NCBI GenBank assembly: GCA_963714095.1
Contig: OY970230.1
Span: forward strand, 532,084 to 596,083
From: Candidatus Gottesmanbacteria bacterium
GTDB taxonomy: Bacteria > Patescibacteriota > Microgenomatia > UBA10105 > UBA927
Reading direction: 5' to 3'
DNA: 64,000 nucleotides
The notes under the pieces were generated by a model, which had not been told where the DNA came from, made no database searches, and was given only the letters and a program-made list of their open reading frames with translations. The position numbers and the translations under genes are program-made. Positions 59,199-64,000 of this stretch are shown piece after piece (position 1 is the stretch's first letter; each line of letters begins with the position of its first letter).

Positions 59199-59583
59199 CA
59201 TACAGGTCTGGAACCCTTATGTCCGTATAATCCCCTCGTACTTCTTACTGGTATTGTACCAGATTGCGTTCTATAGTCGAAGCTAAATTAAACAGGTTTA
59301 TAATTGGGTTGTATATAATTTTTTTAGGTAAAGGAGATAAGCCAGGCGATAATACGGTTGAATTGTTTATGACGAAGAAAACGTTGGGTGTTAATACGAT
59401 TGAAAAACGAAGTGATAAATGGCAAGTAGTGTGATCGTTATGTGCGTATCCTTCGTTATGTATTATGTATATATAATAAAGGGCATTAGTATTTTTTCGT
59501 TATTAGCCTCAAAAAGTCGTACTTTCTGTGTAAACGCGCTTACACAGAAAAACTACAACATCTTCATAACCGAAAACTTTCTG

Positions 59584-59670
59584 CGGAGAGGGCGGGATTT
59601 GAACCCGCGATCACCTTGCGGCGATACGCGCTCTCCAAGCGCGCGCACTAGGCCACTATGCGACCTCTCC
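59584..59670 (-). tRNA. tRNA-Ser (anticodon GGA), type II
   Basis: GGAGAGG-TC-GCA-TAGTGGCCTAG-TGC-G-CGCGC-TTGGAGA-GCGCG-long variable arm-GCGGG-TTCAAAT-CCCGC-CCTCTCC-G. Confidence 0.85.
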
Positions 59671-59699
59671 AATAGCCATAATTATACTATAATGATCCC

Positions 59700-60611
59700 A
59701 TGTCTTCCCGAATGAAGGCTGTCTTCGTATTAATTCTTGCGGAACTTTTGTGGTCAACGTCCGGACTTGCCAAAATAGTAGTGCGGGAGCTAGATCCATA
59801 TGTAGCTGCGTTCCTGCGATTCTTTATTGCGTCTCTGGTCATCCTGCCGTTTTTTCTTAACGAGCACGTCCAGAGAAAAAATCTCATCAGGGATCTATTG
59901 CCGCTCTCTTTGGCAAGCGCCGCAAATATCCTGTTTTATTATGTCGGTCTCCAATTTTCTACCGCAAATGCTGCCACACTTATCTATGCGGGCGTTCCGC
60001 TGGTTACCGCACTTATTGCCCATCACATGATCGGTGAACGGCTTAATATGCAAAAAATTATCGGTATTTGTATCGGCCTTGTCGGTGTAGTATTCGTAGC
60101 ACTGTTACCCGCAATATTTCGCGGGGAATCCGTTACCGGCAATATCCGCGGGAATATCTTTTTCGTGTGTGCGGTACTGGCGTGGTCCTTGTATACTATC
60201 GGGTCACGCAAAGCTATAGCCAACCAAAAATATTCACCTCTTACAGTAGCCAGCATGTCCATTTTTACCACCGGCGCACTTTTTTTTATAATCAGCCTTT
60301 TTACATTTCAACCGCACTATTGGATAACCCTCAAACAGCCGTCGCTTCTGCTCCTTATTCTGCATCTCGGGACAATTGTTACTGTTGCCACGTTTCTTCT
60401 CTATCAGTGGGTCATTAAACATTCATCCGCGGGAACCGCAGCTCTGGGAAACTATATCGGCCCGATATTTGCTATCCTCAGTAATGTGATATTCCTGGGT
60501 GAAGTTATAACTCCTGCATTCATTCTCGGAACCGCGCTTATTCTTATCGGCATCGTGGTGATATCAGGAAGCGGCCTTCTGCAAGAAGCGAAAGATTGGA
60601 TAAACAAATAA
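59700..60611 (+). CDS. DMT-superfamily (EamA/RhaT) transporter
   Basis: 303 aa, 10 TM in two EamA halves. Confidence 0.8.
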   Translation: MSSRMKAVFVLILAELLWSTSGLAKIVVRELDPYVAAFLRFFIASLVILPFFLNEHVQRKNLIRDLLPLSLASAANILFYYVGLQFSTANAATLIYAGVPLVTALIAHHMIGERLNMQKIIGICIGLVGVVFVALLPAIFRGESVTGNIRGNIFFVCAVLAWSLYTIGSRKAIANQKYSPLTVASMSIFTTGALFFIISLFTFQPHYWITLKQPSLLLLILHLGTIVTVATFLLYQWVIKHSSAGTAALGNYIGPIFAILSNVIFLGEVITPAFILGTALILIGIVVISGSGLLQEAKDWINK

Positions 60612-60614
60612 TTG

Positions 60615-60686
60615 CGCTCTCGTGCAGAGTCGAACTGCAATCACACCCTTCGGAGGGGCGTATTCTATCCATTGAACTACGAGAGC
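60615..60686 (-). tRNA. tRNA-Arg (anticodon CCG)
   Basis: GCTCTCG-TA-GTTC-AATGGATA-GAAT-A-CGCCC-CTCCGAA-GGGTG-TGAT-TGCAG-TTCGACT-CTGCA-CGAGAGC-G; 5' end overlaps stop of CDS 60677..61090 by ~10 nt. Confidence 0.85.
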
Positions 60687-61090
60687 TTTCCCAAATCTCC
60701 ATTGAGTACAATCACTTTCATTGCATGCATCTCAACGCTGTAATCCATCTTCGGAACCGGATACAAAAGATATATCTTTTTATCCAACCCAAACGCGTAT
60801 CCCATCTCTAAAAACGTGTTGCCTCCGATGTAACCGTTTACTCCTTTTTTCTCATAATTCAAAACAAGTATCGCATCGGATTTTTCTATTTTTCTGAAGT
60901 GCTCGCGGATAAAATCATATTCTATTTTCGTTGATATTTTATCTGCATCCCGATTCATAAACGATTCATTCGTTTTTTTATTCCCGAGCTCTGTCGGCAC
61001 CAATACACGGAGGCCCTGCGCTTCGAGTTCTTTTTGCGCTTTTGCCATTTGTCGATAAAACTGCATGCTGCCGCAGATGGTGATAGTCAT
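60677..61090 (-). CDS. nucleoside 2-deoxyribosyltransferase-like (NDT fold) protein
   Basis: 137 aa; MTITICGSM...ILVLNYEKKGVNGYIGGNTFLEMGYAFGL matches NDT-like Rossmann motif; start codon only 3 nt downstream of tRNA-Ser 3' end. Confidence 0.5.
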   Translation of the reverse strand: MTITICGSMQFYRQMAKAQKELEAQGLRVLVPTELGNKKTNESFMNRDADKISTKIEYDFIREHFRKIEKSDAILVLNYEKKGVNGYIGGNTFLEMGYAFGLDKKIYLLYPVPKMDYSVEMHAMKVIVLNGDLGKLS

Positions 61091-61093
61091 AAG

Positions 61094-61182
61094 CGGAAAG
61101 GGCGAGATTCGAACTCGCGTAGGCCCTTTCGGACCTCCAAGGTTTTCGAGACCTGGCCGTTTAACCGCTCCGGCACCTTTCC
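61094..61182 (-). tRNA. tRNA-Ser (anticodon CGA), type II
   Basis: GGAAAGG-TG-CCGGAGCGGTTAAACGG-CCAGGT-CTCGAAA-ACCTTGG-variable hairpin AGGTCCGAAAGGGCCT-GCGAG-TTCGAAT-CTCGC-CCTTTCC-G. Confidence 0.8.
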
Positions 61183-61184
61183 CT

Positions 61185-61259
61185 TGGCGCTCCCGCGCAG
61201 AATCGAACTGCGATCAGAGGTTCCGCAAACCCCTATTCTATCCGTTAAACTACAGGAGC
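61185..61259 (-). tRNA. tRNA-Arg (anticodon read as GCG; G37), CCA encoded
   Basis: GCTCCTG-TA-GTTT-AACGGATA-GAAT-A-GGGGT-TTGCGGA-ACCTC-TGAT-CGCAG-TTCGATT-CTGCG-CGGGAGC-G-CCA; D-arm identical to tRNA-Arg(CCG); 2-nt spacer to tRNA-Ser. Confidence 0.7.
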
Positions 61260-61289
61260 CATAGCGGAGCTTATTATACCGCAAAAAGG

Positions 61290-61826
61290 TTATGAAGGCT
61301 TCTCGAGGGGAATTTTCTTTGACAACCATGAGGATGCGTTATCCATCCAACTTTTCTCCGGTTTTTCCCGGAAAGGAATATACTGGGCGATAAGTTTACG
61401 GACCAACGATTTATCCTGAACTCCTAAAAGGATAATAATACGCATGCCCATGATGGGCCGCAAGACCAATAAATCCTGCCCCCACTGCTCTTCAAACCAA
61501 AACTCAGAGAGCTCTTCCCACCGGTAATAATGCCCGGCACTTTCAACCCCCAAGTTGGTAATCCTGTGTGTTACGTCCTCCGGAGGTACAGTGGAAAGAA
61601 CAACAATAAGAAATACGATAGACACGGCAGCTGCAATGAGTAAATATTCCTGTGCGAATACTAAAATTATAACAAGAGGCAACATGATCACCCCGACATT
61701 GGTATAAAACTCTTTATCCCTCTTTTTAAACAAACGGGATGGGGAAGACCATGCGAGCAGTACCTCTTGTTGAACTTTTACCTGTGTATCGCCGGCATTA
61801 TCAACCATGAGATTAGTATATATCAA
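61290..61826 (-). CDS. hypothetical membrane protein (two TM)
   Basis: 178 aa. Confidence 0.4.
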   Translation of the reverse strand: MIYTNLMVDNAGDTQVKVQQEVLLAWSSPSRLFKKRDKEFYTNVGVIMLPLVIILVFAQEYLLIAAAVSIVFLIVVLSTVPPEDVTHRITNLGVESAGHYYRWEELSEFWFEEQWGQDLLVLRPIMGMRIIILLGVQDKSLVRKLIAQYIPFREKPEKSWMDNASSWLSKKIPLEKPS

Positions 61827-61866
61827 AAGAAAAGAAATCCAAAGGGCGGAGAACGGTTTACAGTGT

Positions 61867-61917
61867 TATAACCTATTATAAAACTACAATCCTACCTACG
61901 GAACAATTGAATTATAA
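61867..61917 (+). repeat. repeat family R2, copy a (preceded by GCGGAGAAC tRNA-3'-end-like motif at ~61849)
   Basis: tataacctattataaaactacaatcctacctacggaacaattgaattataa ~85% identical to 63311..63361. Confidence 0.6.
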
Positions 61918-61943
61918 CCCAAATTTAATTTATTAAATCTGAG

Positions 61944-62324
61944 TCAAGCATTCTTCGGGGAACCCCCAAAAGCTACCTCATTTCCATCCGGGTCGTTGTA
62001 TATAATTTTGCGGACGCCGTTTGAAAGAGTTTCGTTTTTCGTTGGTTGTAATCCACGTTCGGCTACTTGATTCATGAAAATATCAAGGTCACTAAGGAAA
62101 ACAAGATTAGAAGTATGACCTGCATGTTTAGGACGTACTGTAATATACACGTACCTATGTTCCGCAAGTTCCCATACTGCTTCTACATCATTAGGAAAGA
62201 ATGATGGTGAACGACCGAACAAACGCGTATACCAAACAAGAGATGTTGTGTAATCTTTGACGGGAAATCCAGCAAACAGATCGGTAGTTAGTTCATCTGA
62301 AAATACTCTTTTTGCCTTTACCAT
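61944..62324 (-). CDS. VOC (glyoxalase/bleomycin-resistance) family protein
   Basis: 126 aa; two beta-alpha-beta-beta-beta halves typical of VOC fold. Confidence 0.5.
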   Translation of the reverse strand: MVKAKRVFSDELTTDLFAGFPVKDYTTSLVWYTRLFGRSPSFFPNDVEAVWELAEHRYVYITVRPKHAGHTSNLVFLSDLDIFMNQVAERGLQPTKNETLSNGVRKIIYNDPDGNEVAFGGSPKNA

Positions 62325-62365
62325 TTCAAATCCATTATACGCCTAATTTTATGTATATAGGCACC

Positions 62366-62436
62366 TACAGTTCGAGGCTAATTTTTAATGCTCCGGGCGG
62401 TAGAGGATGTTCGAATCTTTTTTTTACTTATTTAAA
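62366..62436 (+). repeat. repeat family R1, copy D (tail-like CAGTTCGAGGCTAA precedes head; T8 tract inserted)
   Basis: acagttcgaggctaatttttaatGCTCCGgGCGGTAGAGGATGTTCGaAtCttttttttACTTATTTAAAC. Confidence 0.6.
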
Positions 62437-62616
62437 CTTCACGACATCTCTCAAGAAGTAAAGAAAAACCAGAACTGATGCTAAGAGAGTTAACCAATCA
62501 CGAATTGTATGTGATTCAAAAATATCATGGAAAGTCATCCAGTCGACAAACAAAAGCAAGAATACGATGATCCACATGAGGGTCGTTTTGATTTTCATAA
62601 TCGGTCTCATTTCCAT
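62428..62616 (-). CDS. small two-TM membrane protein
   Basis: ORF 62428..62673 trimmed to internal Met so that it abuts upstream small gene. Confidence 0.3.
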   Translation of the reverse strand: MEMRPIMKIKTTLMWIIVFLLLFVDWMTFHDIFESHTIRDWLTLLASVLVFLYFLRDVVKFK

Positions 62617-62789
62617 CGATAGAGATGCACGGCGATATACATCGCTAGCATCCCAAGGGCGAAGCCCGCACATACTGTGACAACGTCATGGAAAGGTTTC
62701 CAGATGACACCAAACCATGAGAGCATAAGAATAATCGCCCACACAACAGCAACTCCGATTACATACACATAGAGCGGTCGCTTGTTCAT
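62607..62789 (-). CDS. small two-TM membrane protein
   Basis: 60 aa. Confidence 0.3.
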   Translation of the reverse strand: MNKRPLYVYVIGVAVVWAIILMLSWFGVIWKPFHDVVTVCAGFALGMLAMYIAVHLYRWK

Positions 62790-62882
62790 ATGTACATTCT
62801 AGCACTGAGGTGTGACAATCAAAAGTTCTGGTGTCCAGTTGGGGTATCAAAAATCCGATTGAAAAATAAGGTTGAAAAAACA

Positions 62883-62910
62883 GCTCCGAGCGGTTGAGGG
62901 AGTTCAGGCT
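62883..62910 (+). repeat. repeat family R1, copy E (head fused directly to tail, middle deleted)
   Basis: GCTCCGAGCGGTtGAGGgAG|TTCAGGCT. Confidence 0.55.
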
Positions 62911-62941
62911 TTTTAAAGGATTAAGAGAGTATAATAAATAC

Positions 62942-63145
62942 ATGAGCAAGTCTACAAAGATTATCGTCGGTATTATGGCTGTTATTCTGATTATCGTAGT
63001 TGGCTTTGTATTGCTTAAAAAGCGAGGCGGGACACAGGGATCGTTATTCTCTCCTAACAACCCTTCCCAAAACGCCTCTGGTCTTGAGCATATTATTCGT
63101 CCACTCATGAATGGTGGTGCTCCCGGGGACGGGGGTGGCGGATAA
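62942..63145 (+). CDS. small membrane-anchored Gly-rich protein
   Basis: MSKSTKIIVGIMAVILIIVVGFVLL...GGAPGDGGGG; internal-Met start of ORF 62894..63145. Confidence 0.3.
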   Translation: MSKSTKIIVGIMAVILIIVVGFVLLKKRGGTQGSLFSPNNPSQNASGLEHIIRPLMNGGAPGDGGGG

Positions 63146-63204
63146 AAGGAGTGCTGGTGTTGTGTTAGTACCTTATATTGTCAGGACGCTCCAAACTCTA
63201 TTTT

Positions 63205-63276
63205 GCTCCGAGCAGTAGAGGATGTTCGGACTTATTTAAGGTTCAAATCCCGCTTCCTCTTAGCTTCAGGCTAAAC
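63205..63276 (+). repeat. repeat family R1, copy F (full-length reference copy)
   Basis: GCTCCGAGCaGTAGAGGATGTTCGGACTTATTTAAGGTTCAAATCCCGCTTCCTCTTAGCTTCAGGCTAAAC. Confidence 0.7.
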
Positions 63277-63310
63277 TTACTTTTGAGGCTGCGGAGAACC
63301 ATTATCAATA

Positions 63311-63361
63311 ATATAACCTACTTCAAGACTACAATCCTGCCTATGGAACAATTAAATTACA
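63311..63361 (+). repeat. repeat family R2, copy b (preceded by CTGCGGAGAACC, a tRNA-Ser 3'-end-like motif, at 63288)
   Basis: tataacctacttcaagactacaatcctgcctatggaacaattaaattacaa. Confidence 0.6.
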
Positions 63362-63404
63362 ACAGTCATTTTTTATTCAATTAACCAGCAAAGGTGCTTT
63401 TTAA

Positions 63405-63851
63405 TTATTTTATTTTCTTAGCAACCATACTGTATCCGCCACCAGGCCATTGCCATGCACCTTTAAAAGAGCTGCCTTCCTTATTAAATGTCCCTCTATA
63501 AAAGTTGTTTGAACCTTTTTCACCAAACCAAATGGTAAGCGTGTTATCAATCAGTTCGTAGACATAATCAAGAGTTAAACCTTCTGTAAAATGGTAAAAT
63601 CGGGACCATATATCTTGACTTGGTTTTTCTCCAACTTTTTGCAGGTGTCCAATCATCTCAATACCTCGTATTTGTTTTCCCTCATATTCAAGATCCACAT
63701 CTTGGATAAGGAAAGGGCCGCCCTCAGCCCATTTGTATTCTATCTGTCCTTTTGCATCACCGGATATTTCCCATGTTCCGACTAATTTCTCCAAATCCTT
63801 CAGGTTAGTCATATATTTCATCTCCTCTGTCTGTTTACCAGAACCATACAT
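63405..63851 (-). CDS. hypothetical cytoplasmic protein
   Basis: 148 aa (or 135 aa from Met-14 MTNLKDLEKL); Trp/Gly-rich beta-type sequence. Confidence 0.4.
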   Translation of the reverse strand: MYGSGKQTEEMKYMTNLKDLEKLVGTWEISGDAKGQIEYKWAEGGPFLIQDVDLEYEGKQIRGIEMIGHLQKVGEKPSQDIWSRFYHFTEGLTLDYVYELIDNTLTIWFGEKGSNNFYRGTFNKEGSSFKGAWQWPGGGYSMVAKKIK

Positions 63852-63875
63852 GTAATTTATCCTGGAACTGTCATG

Positions 63876-63907
63876 AGGTTCAAATCCCGCTTTCTCTCAA
63901 GCTAAAG
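63876..63907 (+). repeat. repeat family R1, copy G (middle + tail only)
   Basis: AGGTTCAAATCCCGCTTtCTCTcAaGCTAAAG. Confidence 0.55.
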
Positions 63908-63984
63908 TCACTTTTCAGTTAGAACGTGCTTTTGTGATGCTCTAGATTGTCAGAATAACCCGTTTTTTATTTTGTATGTGATGG

Positions 63985-64000
63985 CGGAGAGGGTGGGATT
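63985..64000 (-). tRNA. partial tRNA (3' acceptor CCTCTCC-G + T-stem; Ser-like), truncated by window end
   Basis: ggCGGAGAGGGTGGGATT parallels + strand of tRNA-Ser(GGA) tgCGGAGAGGGCGGGATTtgaacc. Confidence 0.4.

Noticed and set aside
59526-59547. Inverted repeat CTGTGTAAacgcgcTTACACAG downstream of tRNA-Ser(GGA) as an intrinsic terminator
   Set aside because: No adjacent U-tract on either strand immediately after the stem; it may still be a processing or protein-binding site but is not a canonical terminator.
59419-59715. 98-aa + strand ORF
   Set aside because: It runs straight through the minus-strand tRNA-Ser(GGA) gene and AT-rich non-coding DNA.
62686-63108. 140-aa minus-strand ORF spanning two small genes, repeat copy E and the start of a + strand gene
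   Set aside because: It overlaps three better-supported small ORFs and a repeat, and its sequence is low complexity; likely spurious.
59040-63907. R1 repeat copies as genuine tRNA or tmRNA genes, because of GGTTCAAATCCCGC and GGTAGAG motifs
   Set aside because: The 5' T-stem partner (TAAGG) does not pair with CCCGC, no anticodon arm can be formed, and copies differ by large indels; they are tRNA-derived fragments, not functional tRNAs.

Overview
64 kb chromosomal segment with standard genetic code (TGA is used as a stop). Genes are compact and often overlap. Conserved housekeeping genes are interspersed with many small secreted or membrane hypothetical proteins and cell-envelope glycosylation-type genes. 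The overall look fits a small-genome, monoderm-like uncultivated bacterium (e.g. Patescibacteria/CPR); this is inference only.

Recognisable genes:
- 3' end of guaA, a GapN-like aldehyde dehydrogenase and a PP2C phosphatase.
- Two tandem class-A PBP1A paralogues, the second with an unusual N-terminal extension.
- uppP, typA/bipA divergent from queA, and a lamin-tail-domain protein next to a GT2 polyprenyl-phosphate glycosyltransferase.
- An ABC-2 exporter pair, then sodA, a Crp/Fnr regulator and a VIT-family Fe/Mn transporter.
- A LamG+PKD surface protein divergent from a TMTC-like GT-C/TPR membrane protein.
- A purB-purA-guaB cluster, the rpoD-dnaG-NUDIX operon, clpC and an OatA-like acyltransferase.
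- A membrane-anchored six-hairpin glycosidase-like protein and an EamA transporter.

RNA genes: five tRNAs, all on the minus strand (Asn-GUU, Ser-GGA, Arg-CCG, Ser-CGA, Arg-GCG), plus a truncated tRNA at the window end.

Most notable observation: the last ~5 kb (59-64 kb) is a tRNA-rich hotspot. It carries a dispersed ~70-nt repeat family (also present at 31.5 and 32.8 kb) with conserved termini and a variable middle that embeds a tRNA-Ser 3'-half-like segment. There are also duplicated fragments of tRNA-Ser 3' ends plus flanking sequence, and a second ~50-nt repeat. These separate short cargo-like genes. Together this looks like the scars of serial tRNA-targeted site-specific integration or a cassette-like array; no integrase is visible inside the window.

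Other points of interest:
- A ribbon-helix-helix gene followed by a perfect 31-bp palindrome at the start of a PH-like protein gene.
- A VirB2-like/VirB6-like membrane gene pair upstream of clpC.
- AT-rich polysaccharide-type membrane genes.
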